57,251 bases of DNA from Coriobacteriales bacterium (GTDB taxonomy: Bacteria > Actinomycetota > Coriobacteriia > Coriobacteriales > UBA8131), in contig JAISEO010000101.1 of assembly GCA_031264075.1 (NCBI GenBank), positions 1 to 57,251 of the forward strand. Reading direction: 5' to 3'. The notes beneath the pieces are model-generated. The model did not search any database. It saw only the letters and a program-made list of their open reading frames with translations, and was not told the DNA's origin. The translations under genes were made by a program, and so were the position numbers. Each line of letters begins with the position of its first letter. The first letter of the stretch is position 1. Of the stretch, positions 42,665 through 52,091 are shown piece by piece.

Positions 42665-44050
42665 CTAGCTTTCTTTCTGGGCACAGAGCGCATCGGCAAG
42701 CTCCAGGGCTCGCTCCACTATCTGGTCCATGTTGAAATAACGGTACTCGGCCAGACGCCCCAGAACGTGAAAGTTGTCAAGCCCCTCAAACAGCGCCCGA
42801 TACCGCTCGTAGGCCTGCTGGTTACCCGGGTCGAGGATGGCATAGTAGGGCACCTGACCGGGAAGGTCCTCAAAGGCACGGGGATACTCCTCCATGATGG
42901 TGGTGTGCTCAAGCTCCTGTCCGGTGAGCCAGCTGAACTCCGTAATGCGGGTAAAGTCCTCGCTCACCGTGTAGTTGACCGTGCCCACCGGTTGAAAGTG
43001 GCGTTGTGGCAGGGTCTTGTACACAAAGTCCAGGCTGCGGTACGGCATCAGGCCAAAGCGCTTCTGCGCGAGAAAATCCAGAGGCCCGGTGTACACGACG
43101 GGGCCGGTAAAGGGCTGGCCGTTGACGAAGACGGCAACGAAGGGATTGGCGGGTTGCTCGGTGTGAGAAGGCGCTCTTGCTGGGGCAGGCTGCTCCGTAG
43201 AGGGTGCTCCTTCCTTGAAACTCAGCAGCTCACGCGCATCCACCCCGGTGACCACCTTGATGTTGTCGTGTGCGAGCAGGGCATCGAAGAGCGGCGTGTA
43301 GCCGGCCTGCGGCATGCCCTGCCAGGTGTCGGTAAAATAGCGGTTGTCGCGCCCGGTAAAGACGGGCACCCGCGCCGTAACGCTGGCATCGACTTCTTCC
43401 GGTTTGAGTCCCCACTGCTTGAGCGTATAGTACAGAAAGATCTTGGCGTACACGAAGTCCGCAAGCTCTGCCAGCAGCGGGTCCTGGGCCTTGCGGAGCT
43501 CGATGATAGGCACCTTGGCATCCGTACCAAAGCTCTCCGTGAGGCGCTCGATAAGTGCCCGGGCCACGTCGGGAGCAAAATGCTGCTCGATGGCGTTGAA
43601 GTTGAAGGGCACCGGCGTGTACACGCCATCGATGTTGGCGAGCACCTCGTGCTGATAGTTGCGCCAGGCGGTAAAGCGGCTCAGGTACTCATACGCGCGC
43701 CGGGTATTGGTGTGGAAGATGTGCGGCCCATAGGCGTGGATGAGCACCCCGGCATCGTCGTAGCAGTCGTAGGCATTGCCCCCCACGTGCGGGCGCTGCT
43801 CCAACACCACCACCCGCAGGCCACCGCGCTCTGCGAGTTCGCGGGCCACGACCGCTCCGGCAAAACCAGCGCCTACGACAAGGGCATCCGCGCCCGCTGC
43901 CAGGGCACGGCAGGCCTCGGCCCGGCCCTGCGCGTAGCCTTGCGCGTGAGGCTCTCCCCGGGCATCGCCGCCCGGGTCGTGTTGTATGCCGCTTTGGTTC
44001 TCTGTCAAGCCTGCTCCTTTGGTTTTTTCTGTCCTATGGTATTCTAACAT
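42665..44050 (-). CDS. glf: UDP-galactopyranose mutase (start uncertain; N-terminal extension)
   Basis: Rossmann motif [16 protein letters not shown]...[14 protein letters not shown], then YGPHIFHT and the Glf C-terminal region ([12 protein letters not shown]). About 55 codons precede the GxGxxG, and an in-frame TTG with a GGAG SD lies 14 codons in. Confidence 0.85.
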   Translation of the reverse strand: MLEYHRTEKTKGAGLTENQSGIQHDPGGDARGEPHAQGYAQGRAEACRALAAGADALVVGAGFAGAVVARELAERGGLRVVVLEQRPHVGGNAYDCYDDAGVLIHAYGPHIFHTNTRRAYEYLSRFTAWRNYQHEVLANIDGVYTPVPFNFNAIEQHFAPDVARALIERLTESFGTDAKVPIIELRKAQDPLLAELADFVYAKIFLYYTLKQWGLKPEEVDASVTARVPVFTGRDNRYFTDTWQGMPQAGYTPLFDALLAHDNIKVVTGVDARELLSFKEGAPSTEQPAPARAPSHTEQPANPFVAVFVNGQPFTGPVVYTGPLDFLAQKRFGLMPYRSLDFVYKTLPQRHFQPVGTVNYTVSEDFTRITEFSWLTGQELEHTTIMEEYPRAFEDLPGQVPYYAILDPGNQQAYERYRALFEGLDNFHVLGRLAEYRYFNMDQIVERALELADALCAQKES

Positions 44051-44158
44051 GAGAGCCTGTCAGACACTCCAGCACGGCTCTCATCCAACACCCTGGTTGA
44101 TAGTTTGTATCCCGCTCTGCCCGGGAGGTGCCTGGGGCCGGCAACAGAAAGGTTGACT

Positions 44159-45160
44159 ATGAGCGTTTTTCTCGAGTGCATCTGCGCGCGGGCTGCCGCA
44201 GACACCCAGCATATCGTCTTGCCGGAGGGCGCAGACCACCGCACGCTTGCGGCTGCCCGGGCCCTCGTCGATGGCGGCATTGCCGAGGTAACCGTACTGG
44301 CCGCGGCGGATGTGGCGGCTCAGAGCGACATCGATCTCACCGGCATCCGTGTAGTGGACCCCGCACTGAGCCCCGAGGGCCCCCGCTATGCCCAGGCACT
44401 CTACGAACTCCGCAAAGATAAGGGGCTTACGCTTGAGGAGGCTCGAAAACTCGTGTGCGACGAGCTGTATTATGGCGTCATGCAGGTGTATTTTGATGAG
44501 GCGGACGGCATGGTGGCCGGTGCCACCCATGCGACGAGTGACGTGCTGCGCCCGAGCCTGCAAATCCTCAAGACCGCTCCCGGCGCGGGCCTCGTCTCGG
44601 CCTTCTTCGTTATCGTCGTACCCCAGTGCGACTATGGCGAGCACGGTACCTTTATCTTTGCCGACAGTGGCCTCGTACGGAATCCCAGCGCAGAGGAACT
44701 CGTCGAGATCGCGCTGAGTTCCGCCGCCTCGTTTGAGAGCCTGGTGGAGGCCAGGCCGGTGGTGGCCCTGCTCTCCTACTCTACCAAGGGCAGCGCGCAC
44801 AGTTCCAGCGTGGATAAGATGGTCAAGGCCACCGCCCTTGCCCTTGCCCGGGCGCCGGAATTGGCGCTCGACGGCGAGTTGCAGCTCGATGCGGCCATCG
44901 TGCCCAGCGTCGGCGAGTCCAAGGCACCGGCCTCCCCTGTTGCCGGGCGCGCAAACGTGCTGATATTTCCCGACCTCAATTCCGGTAACATCGCCTACAA
45001 ACTGGCGCAGCGCCTGGCCAACGCCGAGGCCTACGGTCCGATTACCCAGGGCCTGAGCAGGCCGGTCAACGACCTTTCGCGGGGTGCCAGCGCAGAGGAC
45101 ATCGTGGGCGTTGCCGCCATCACCGCCGTGCAGAGCCAGGCGAGAAAACTCAGCGCATGA
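44159..45160 (+). CDS. pta: phosphate acetyltransferase
   Basis: [15 protein letters not shown]...[15 protein letters not shown]...[18 protein letters not shown] is the classic Pta core. ATG 44159 has a GAAAGG SD upstream. Confidence 0.92.
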   Translation: MSVFLECICARAAADTQHIVLPEGADHRTLAAARALVDGGIAEVTVLAAADVAAQSDIDLTGIRVVDPALSPEGPRYAQALYELRKDKGLTLEEARKLVCDELYYGVMQVYFDEADGMVAGATHATSDVLRPSLQILKTAPGAGLVSAFFVIVVPQCDYGEHGTFIFADSGLVRNPSAEELVEIALSSAASFESLVEARPVVALLSYSTKGSAHSSSVDKMVKATALALARAPELALDGELQLDAAIVPSVGESKAPASPVAGRANVLIFPDLNSGNIAYKLAQRLANAEAYGPITQGLSRPVNDLSRGASAEDIVGVAAITAVQSQARKLSA

Positions 45161-46340
45161 GCGCCTTGACATCGCGGGCAATCATCAACTCCTCATTGGT
45201 GGGAATGACCAGCACCTTGACCTGAGAATCATCTGAGGAGATAGTCCGCTCGCCGCCGCGGGCGGCATTGCGCTCGGCATCCAGGCAGATGCCGAGGCCC
45301 TCCAGACCAGTGAGGATTTTCTGCCTCATATCAGCGCTGTTCTCTCCGACTCCGGCGGTGAAGACGATGGCATCAACACCTCCGAGAGCAAACACATACG
45401 AACCCAGATAGTGCAAGACGGCATGGGCATAGAGCTCCAGCGCGAGCGCGGCGTCGGCATTGCCCGCCTCGGCGGCATCCCTGACATCGCGCATATCGTT
45501 GGAGCTTTGAGACACACCCAAAAGTCCGCTCAGCCTGTTGAGGAGCGCGCCTATCTCCGCGGTGTCCATGCCCAGCTCGTCGATGAGATAGAGCACGATG
45601 GCCGGGTCGATACTGCCCGAGCGCGTACCCATCATGAGGCCTTCGAGAGGCGTAAAACCCATGGAGGTATCCACCGACCGGCCACCGTCTATGGCCGTGA
45701 GCGAGCAGCCGTTGCCCAGATGGCAGGTGATGAGCTTGAGCTCGTCAAGCGGTCTCTGCAAAAACAGCGCGGCCTGCTCCGCCACATAGCGATGACTGGT
45801 GCCGTGGAAGCCATAGCGCCGGATCCTGTGCTGCTCGTAATACTCGGGAGGCAGGGCATAGCGGTAGGCCCGGGGAGGCATGCTCTGGTGAAATGCCGTA
45901 TCGAAGGTAGCCACCTGCACCTTGTCGGGCATGAGTTCGCCACAGGACTGGATGCCGGCCAGCGCTGCCGGGTTGTGCAGCGGCGCCAACTGCGAACACT
46001 CCTCTATTCGGGCGATGACCTCGTCGGTGATGATGACCGACTCCGCGAAGTAATCGCCGCCGTGCACCACACGGTGTCCGATTCCCTGTATCTCTGAGAG
46101 GTCCGCGATGGCGCCATACTCCGGGTGGGTGAGCGCCTCAAGCACGGCCAGAACGGCCGCGTGGTGGCTGGGCAGGGGACGGTGGATGACGCACTCATCA
46201 CTGTCCACACCATGCTTGTGAAAGCTCAGCGGGGTACCGACCCGTTCGCAGAGCCCTCGGGTGATGACCTCCTCCGTGTCCATATCGACGAGCTGATATT
46301 TGAGAGAGGACGAGCCTGCGTTGAGTACGAGAACGTTCAT
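45150..46340 (-). CDS. ackA: acetate kinase
   Basis: [54 protein letters not shown] 46340 lies behind GGAAGGAA. Confidence 0.95.
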   Translation of the reverse strand: MNVLVLNAGSSSLKYQLVDMDTEEVITRGLCERVGTPLSFHKHGVDSDECVIHRPLPSHHAAVLAVLEALTHPEYGAIADLSEIQGIGHRVVHGGDYFAESVIITDEVIARIEECSQLAPLHNPAALAGIQSCGELMPDKVQVATFDTAFHQSMPPRAYRYALPPEYYEQHRIRRYGFHGTSHRYVAEQAALFLQRPLDELKLITCHLGNGCSLTAIDGGRSVDTSMGFTPLEGLMMGTRSGSIDPAIVLYLIDELGMDTAEIGALLNRLSGLLGVSQSSNDMRDVRDAAEAGNADAALALELYAHAVLHYLGSYVFALGGVDAIVFTAGVGENSADMRQKILTGLEGLGICLDAERNAARGGERTISSDDSQVKVLVIPTNEELMIARDVKALMR

Positions 46341-46400
46341 GGAGTTTCCTTCCTGGGCCGGTTGTGGCAAGGCACCAAAGGCCCGGATCTTGTGCGTGCG

Positions 46401-46748
46401 TTAATCCGCCGGGCCCATGGATATGGGCATCGTAGCGCCCCCCAGGATATGGATGTGCAGATGGAAGACGGTCTGGCGGCCATCCTCGCCCTTGTTGACG
46501 ATGATGCGATAGCCCCGCTCGTCTATGCCCATGAGCTCGGCCACCGTACGCACCTTGGCAAACAGGGTGCCCAGCACCTCGGGAGGGATGTCGTCGGACA
46601 TGCTGTGGTAGTGCTGTTTGGGGATGAGCAGTACATGCACCGGGGTCTGCGGATTGAGGTCCTCAAAGGCGAGCACCTCGTCGTCCTCGTAGATGATGGT
46701 GGCGGGTATCTCTCCCGCGGCTATCTTACAGAAAATGCACTGTTCCAT
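46401..46748 (-). CDS. HIT-family (histidine triad) nucleotide hydrolase
   Basis: CIFCKI...VFHLHIHILGG histidine-triad motif. 115 aa. Confidence 0.9.
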   Translation of the reverse strand: MEQCIFCKIAAGEIPATIIYEDDEVLAFEDLNPQTPVHVLLIPKQHYHSMSDDIPPEVLGTLFAKVRTVAELMGIDERGYRIIVNKGEDGRQTVFHLHIHILGGATMPISMGPAD

Positions 46749-46823
46749 GTCTGCTCCTCGTCTCTCGGTTGCCTGACCTGCCCGCGCGAAGCGCGCACGC
46801 CCAGGCGGCCCTTCCGGCTCCGC

Positions 46824-47162
46824 CTACCACTTCAGGGTAAGCTCTGTCTCGCCAGCGTCTCCGCCTTCTGATTCTGACACGACTTCCACCGTGGCGCGGA
46901 GCTCGGACGCGGGTTCGAGCGAGGCATCGGGCTCCAGTTCACCCATCAGTACCTCAATCTTCTGCTCGGCTGCTTGAAGCCGCGTCTTGAGGCTCCTGAG
47001 CAGGGCCACGCCGCGCTCATACAGCGCCAGGCTCTCCTCCAGCTCCAGTGTGCCCGACTCAAGCGAACGGACGATGGACTCGAGTTCATCCTGGGCCTCC
47101 TTGAAGCTGAGATCCTCGACGGGCAGGGGCCTGTCGGTCTGGTCGGCGGTTTTCGTACTCAT
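46824..47162 (-). CDS. xseB: exodeoxyribonuclease VII small subunit
   Basis: SFKEAQDELESIVRSLESGTLELEESLALYERGVALL matches the XseB helical hairpin. The ATG overlaps the xseA stop as ATGA. Confidence 0.85.
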   Translation of the reverse strand: MSTKTADQTDRPLPVEDLSFKEAQDELESIVRSLESGTLELEESLALYERGVALLRSLKTRLQAAEQKIEVLMGELEPDASLEPASELRATVEVVSESEGGDAGETELTLKW

Positions 47163-48529
47163 GGCTTCTCCTGTTTCTCCTTGGACACCACGTTGGTCCT
47201 GATGCTCCCGTCGCTGAACCTTACACGCAGATAGCTGCCGGGTTGTACCTCGTGTATGGAACGCACAATGTTCCCCTGCTCATCATACCCGAGCGCATAG
47301 CCACGCGAAAGCACCGCCAAGGGTGAAAGGCCCTCAAGGCTGGCGGCAGCGGCGGCCAGAGCCGTGTGCGGGCCGGCGGTGAGGGTGGCGCCCACAGAGA
47401 GGAGGGACTGCCCCAGGTGCTGCAGGGCATGGGCCTGCCTGCTCACCAGAATGGCTACCGAAACACTCAGACGCTGCTCAGACTCTGAGAGGCCCTGTCG
47501 GGCTGTGGCAAGGCCGGTGGGCAGCGCCACGTCCAGCCTGCGTGCGGTCTGCTCAAGGTTGAGCGTGTGTTCGGCCGTGAGGAAGGCGTCCTGCACAAAA
47601 ACGGCGGAGCGTTGGAGACCTTCGAGAGCGTGGGCATGGCGTTCGAGCTGCCTGACCTGGGCGCGGGCAAGCGAGTCCTGCCTTGCCCGGAGCGTTGCTT
47701 CCAGCTCCTGCCTGTCGGGAGAGGCGGCCTCGGCTGCCGCCGTAGGGGTAGAGGCCCTGAGGCTTGCCACCATGTCGGCAATCGAGGTGTCGGGCTCGTG
47801 GCCGATGCCTGTTATGACGGGCTTCTGAGTCGTGGCAAGGACCAGGGCCAATGCCTCGTCGTTAAACGGCATGAGGTCCTCATACGAACCGCCGCCGCGC
47901 ACGAGCAGAATCACCTCTGCCTCGGATGCCTCGGCGGCTTTGAGTGCCTGGATGATATGCGCTGCCGCGTCCCGGCCTTCTACCTTGACGCCAAAGAACA
48001 GCACCCTGGCCAGAGGAAACCGCCTGCGCAGCGTACGCAACACGTCGTGCACGGCCTTGCCCTGCGGTGAGGTTATGAGCGCTATCGTCTCGGGCAGGGC
48101 CGGAAGGGCGAGCTTTCGCGCCGGCTCCATATACCCCTGCGACCTGAGCCTGGCGGCAAGGGCCGCCACCTGCGCCCTGAGCTGGCCTTCTCCCGCCACA
48201 CTGAGCTGGCGCACTTCAAACTGCATGCGGCCTTTGGCACTGTAGAGACTGAACCGGCCGCGCACCTCTACCTGCATACCGCTCTTGAGCAGGATGCCCA
48301 GGCGGTCGAAGGCATTGCGCCACATCAGGCAGGGCAGCGCGGCCCCCTTGTCGGCAAGCGTGAAGTACACCGCCTTGTAGCGGGGATTATCGGAGATGTC
48401 GGAGAGTTCGCCGATGATGGAGAGCGTGATGCCCTCCAGGGCGTGCTTGGCCCTGTCCAGGGCGGCGGAGACACTCAGAGGACCATGAGGAGGAGCCTCG
48501 CTGTTGAGATATACGTAGTTCTGTGCCAA
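47159..48529 (-). CDS. xseA: exodeoxyribonuclease VII large subunit
   Basis: N-terminal OB fold (VYFTLAD...), catalytic region LVRGGGSYEDLMPFNDE and GIGHEPD. TTG start as listed, with a weak SD. Confidence 0.88.
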   Translation of the reverse strand: MAQNYVYLNSEAPPHGPLSVSAALDRAKHALEGITLSIIGELSDISDNPRYKAVYFTLADKGAALPCLMWRNAFDRLGILLKSGMQVEVRGRFSLYSAKGRMQFEVRQLSVAGEGQLRAQVAALAARLRSQGYMEPARKLALPALPETIALITSPQGKAVHDVLRTLRRRFPLARVLFFGVKVEGRDAAAHIIQALKAAEASEAEVILLVRGGGSYEDLMPFNDEALALVLATTQKPVITGIGHEPDTSIADMVASLRASTPTAAAEAASPDRQELEATLRARQDSLARAQVRQLERHAHALEGLQRSAVFVQDAFLTAEHTLNLEQTARRLDVALPTGLATARQGLSESEQRLSVSVAILVSRQAHALQHLGQSLLSVGATLTAGPHTALAAAAASLEGLSPLAVLSRGYALGYDEQGNIVRSIHEVQPGSYLRVRFSDGSIRTNVVSKEKQEKP

Positions 48530-48571
48530 AGTCCTGGGTTGCAGTTCTCGGTCGCAGCTCCGGATCGGAGG

Positions 48572-49240
48572 CTAGCGCCGTGCCATGCCGAGCAGGTACA
48601 CCAGCTGCAGTATGGAGGCCAGCGCCGCGGCCACATAGGTGAGCGAGGCCGAGCGCAGCACCGATTTGGCCCCGCCCATTTCCTGGGGGCTCATCCATCC
48701 GCTGCCCTGGATGAAGGCGATGGCCCGCTTTGAGGCATCAAACTCCACCGGAAGGGTCACGAGTTGGAAGATGAGCACGGCACCAAACATCGCGATGGCC
48801 ACATAGACCAGGCCGATTATCGAGAGGAAGATGCCGGCCAGGAGCGCAAAGATCCACAGGTTGGACGCAAAGTTAACCACCGGGACGATGGCCCCTCGTA
48901 TTCGGGCGGGCGCATAGTCGCGGGCATGTTGCACAGCGTGTCCACATTCGTGGCAGGCCACCGCAACGGAAGAGACGCTCCGGCCATGGTAGACCTCGCT
49001 CGAGAGCGACACCACGTTGGTGCGCGGGTCGTAGTGGTCGGTGAGCTCACCATGGATCTCCACGATGGCCACCTGGGAAAGCCCGTTGTTGTTGAGCATG
49101 GTGCGCGCCGCGTCCGCGCCGCTCACGCCCATGCTCACGGGGACCTTCCCCCACTTCTTATACGCGTGTTTGATGAGCAACTGGGCACCAAATCCAATGA
49201 CCAGTACGACGAGTATGAGGGCAAAATAGTTCATTGACAT
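48572..49240 (-). CDS. membrane zinc metallopeptidase (Zn_peptidase_2/YugP-like)
   Basis: N-terminal TM, HYDPRTNVVSLS, HExxH as VACHECGHAVQH, and C-terminal TM segments. AAGGTGA SD upstream. Confidence 0.85.
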   Translation of the reverse strand: MSMNYFALILVVLVIGFGAQLLIKHAYKKWGKVPVSMGVSGADAARTMLNNNGLSQVAIVEIHGELTDHYDPRTNVVSLSSEVYHGRSVSSVAVACHECGHAVQHARDYAPARIRGAIVPVVNFASNLWIFALLAGIFLSIIGLVYVAIAMFGAVLIFQLVTLPVEFDASKRAIAFIQGSGWMSPQEMGGAKSVLRSASLTYVAAALASILQLVYLLGMARR

Positions 49241-49449
49241 GTTGTATCACCTTTGCTTGCCTGCTGGGTTCGCGGGCCTCTGCCCGCAACCAGCCTTAAA
49301 AGTTGGTATCGTGTTCTGCCACACACCGGGCTTAAGCCGGATGCCTCCAGTATACCAGCCCTCCCCCCTTGCCGTGCGGCTTCAGAGGCCCCCGCCTGCC
49401 TGTTGTAACTCACTTGTATAGCGCAGGGCAGATTACTCCCTATCCCTCG

Positions 49450-50337
49450 CTACACCACGACGAATCGCGCGGCACCCGGGAGGATATGCGCCTCAAACGG
49501 CGTGTTGGCAGCGGGCGTCTCACCGTCGAACTGAAGGCCCAGCGGCGGGTCGGACTCGATAAGGGCCCGGGCTGAGCGACGGGATTCAAAGTAATCGGCC
49601 CGGTCGGTAAAATGAGGGTCCAGCAGGGCAGCAAGCAGGGCGGGCACAAGCTCCAGGGTATGCTGCTTTTTGATGACCACTACCTCAAACAGCCCGTCCT
49701 GGGCATCGTTGTTGTAGGTGATGGAGAGATCCGGGTATATCTGGGCAAAGTTGATGAGCAATACGGCAATGCCCTCGCTGGTGAGCGTCTCCTCATCGAG
49801 GCTCAGGCTGAAGCTGGCAACCCGGGGATTGGGCTCGGAGGCAGCCGCGGCCAGATAGGCCAGGGGGCCAAAACGTGCCTTGAGCTTCTCGGCGCGTTGC
49901 ATGATGGTCGCGTCGTAGCCGGCTCCCGCGATAACCGCAAAACCCTGCGTGTGGTTCCGTCCGTCGCACTCGTATGCTATCTCGCCGAGGTCATAGTATT
50001 CCGTCTTGAGGGCGCGTGCTATCCGGGCAAGAGCGCTGGGCTCTTCCGGAGTGTTGAGATTGGTGGCCAGCAGATTGGCCGTGCCGGCAGGAAAGGGCAG
50101 GAGGGGTATGTCGGTGTTCCTCAGTTCATAGGCTACCGTGCTGATAGTGGAGTCTCCGCCCGAAGCCACTACAAGGTCATACTCGGTTGCGTCGGAGAGC
50201 ATGGTATCGATGCGCCGTATGCCACCGGTGGAGCGGATGGTGAGCTCGTCGCCGTCGCGCGCGAAGATGCGGTTGAAGTCATGGATGATGCCATTCCTCA
50301 AACCGGATGCCAGATTGTCGATGATCAGTACTCGCAT
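49450..50337 (-). CDS. diacylglycerol/lipid kinase family protein (YegS/DgkB-like)
   Basis: MRVLIIDN..., ASGGDSTISTV (GGDGT-like motif) and the C-terminal beta-sandwich pattern. Confidence 0.82.
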   Translation of the reverse strand: MRVLIIDNLASGLRNGIIHDFNRIFARDGDELTIRSTGGIRRIDTMLSDATEYDLVVASGGDSTISTVAYELRNTDIPLLPFPAGTANLLATNLNTPEEPSALARIARALKTEYYDLGEIAYECDGRNHTQGFAVIAGAGYDATIMQRAEKLKARFGPLAYLAAAASEPNPRVASFSLSLDEETLTSEGIAVLLINFAQIYPDLSITYNNDAQDGLFEVVVIKKQHTLELVPALLAALLDPHFTDRADYFESRRSARALIESDPPLGLQFDGETPAANTPFEAHILPGAARFVVV

Positions 50338-50358
50338 GCCAGAGGCCTCACTGTCTTC

Positions 50359-50601
50359 TCAGCATTCCGCCTTTAAGGCCTGGGCAAACTGATCGGGGCA
50401 GGACGTGCCCTTATGGCCGCAGGTGACGCCCTCCAGGATGGTGATTATCTCGCTTGCCTCGCGACCTTCCGATAAACGCGCCACCGCCTGGAGGTTGCCG
50501 TGACACCCACCGCTGAAACTGACATCGTGCACGCGTCCCTCCCCGTCCACAGTGTAACGTACCGAGCTGGCACAGACTCCCTTACATTCTCTTATCGGCA
50601 T
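50359..50601 (-). CDS. TSCPD-domain small protein (TIGR03905-like)
   Basis: VRYTVDGEGRVHDVSFSGGCHGNLQAV...GVTCGHKGTSCPDQFAQAL. ATG 50601 lies behind GAAGGGAG. The track start at 50727 runs into the MFS gene. Confidence 0.75.
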   Translation of the reverse strand: MPIRECKGVCASSVRYTVDGEGRVHDVSFSGGCHGNLQAVARLSEGREASEIITILEGVTCGHKGTSCPDQFAQALKAEC

Positions 50602-52069
50602 GGTAACTCCCTTCGTGCGGCTTGTGCTCAGTTGCATGCTCTGCTTCGGTTGCTTCTCTCGCATCGGGTTTGCCCGACCTGGCGCTGTGCATGAGGAAGA
50701 GGCAGACGCCCAGCGATATGAGCACAAAGAGCAGGCAGACGAGCAGGACCAGCCTGAAATTGAACAGGTAGTCCAGTTCCACTATACCACTGGCAGCGCC
50801 CGGCAGATCGGGAAACATCCTCGCCAGGGTGCCGCCCAACGAGAAGATGCTCGCAGAGAGGGCGGTGCCGAGGCAGAAGGCCAGGTTGCGGTTGGTGCCC
50901 ACAAAGCCGCTGGCATAGGAGGCATGGGCCCTGCCGGCGGCCGTCATGATGTCGCTGTTGTTGGGCGTATTGAGAAAGCCCATGCCCGCCCCGGCCAGCA
51001 CCAGCATGCCGACAAAGAGCCAGACCTGCTGGTCTGCCCCCAGGAACAGTGCCGCGAGTATGTAGGCTACCATGCCAACGAGCGCCGGCACCATGACCCT
51101 GAACGCTCCGATGCGGTCGGAGGCAAAGCCGGAGAGCGGACCACAGACTCCCAGCGCAAGCGCGTTGACCATTATCAACAGGCCAACCATGCCTACCGGA
51201 ACCGCCCAGACAATATCGAGGAAGAAGGGCAGTTGGAACATGACCATCATATGCGCGCAGTAGCTGAAGAACGCGATGATGTTGCCGAGGATAAAGCGCT
51301 TATTCCTGAGAAGCTCGGGCTCCAGCAGCGGGTTCTTCTCGCGTCGTTCTGTGTAGATGAACAGGGCGAGCAGCGCCACAAAGCCCAGCCCGAACCATTC
51401 CTGGCCAGCGAACCCGCCGCTGAGGAAGACGATGAGGCAGGCGATAAGCGCCGTGAACAGGATGGAGCCACGAACGTCCAAACTGCCCTCTCTGTTCCTG
51501 GGCAGGGGCGAACGCAGGAACACGGCAGACAGAATAAAGCTTACCAGCCCAAAGGGAACACTGAGCAGAAACACGAAGTGCCAGGAGAAATGTGCGAGTA
51601 TGAGGCCGCCCACCGCCGGACCGGCCACGTTGCCCAGGCCCACCATAAGCGCCGTGACGCCCATGGCCCGGCCGCGCTGTGCCAGCGGGAAGATGGTGGT
51701 GACGAGGCCCATGCCCACGGCTATCGTCATGGCGGCACCGAGACCTTGTATGGCACGCGCAAGGGTCAGCGTCGCAAAGCCGTCCGAGAGGGTACAGGCC
51801 AGCGAGCCTGCCGTGAAGATGACGATGCCCACGATGTAGATTCTATGGGAGCCTACCCGGTCTCCCAGACGGCCAAACAGCAGCATGAGCGAGCTCGTGA
51901 CGATGAGGTAGATGGTGGTGACCCACTGCACCTGCGCCATGGAGATGCCAAAATCCGCGGCCAGGATGGGATTGGCGATATTGACGATGGAAGAATTGAG
52001 CGTGGCCATGAAGGTGCCGAGCGAGATGGTTATCAGTGCCAGCCACTTGTTTGTCGGTTTCTTACTCAT
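50582..52069 (-). CDS. MFS transporter, 14-TMS DHA2/EmrB-like
   Basis: WLALITISLGTFMATLNSSIVNIANP, motif A-like GRLGDRVGSHRIY, and about 14 hydrophobic segments. ATG 52069. The 3' end overlaps the TSCPD gene start by 20 nt. Confidence 0.88.
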   Translation of the reverse strand: MSKKPTNKWLALITISLGTFMATLNSSIVNIANPILAADFGISMAQVQWVTTIYLIVTSSLMLLFGRLGDRVGSHRIYIVGIVIFTAGSLACTLSDGFATLTLARAIQGLGAAMTIAVGMGLVTTIFPLAQRGRAMGVTALMVGLGNVAGPAVGGLILAHFSWHFVFLLSVPFGLVSFILSAVFLRSPLPRNREGSLDVRGSILFTALIACLIVFLSGGFAGQEWFGLGFVALLALFIYTERREKNPLLEPELLRNKRFILGNIIAFFSYCAHMMVMFQLPFFLDIVWAVPVGMVGLLIMVNALALGVCGPLSGFASDRIGAFRVMVPALVGMVAYILAALFLGADQQVWLFVGMLVLAGAGMGFLNTPNNSDIMTAAGRAHASYASGFVGTNRNLAFCLGTALSASIFSLGGTLARMFPDLPGAASGIVELDYLFNFRLVLLVCLLFVLISLGVCLFLMHSARSGKPDAREATEAEHATEHKPHEGSYHADKRM

Positions 52070-52091
52070 GCTGTCTGCCCTGTGCCCAGTT

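Noticed and set aside
42083-45181. Long ORFs 42083-44047 (+) and 44081-45181 (-)
   Set aside because: They are antisense to GT2/glf and to pta respectively. The opposite strands carry the clear family signatures.
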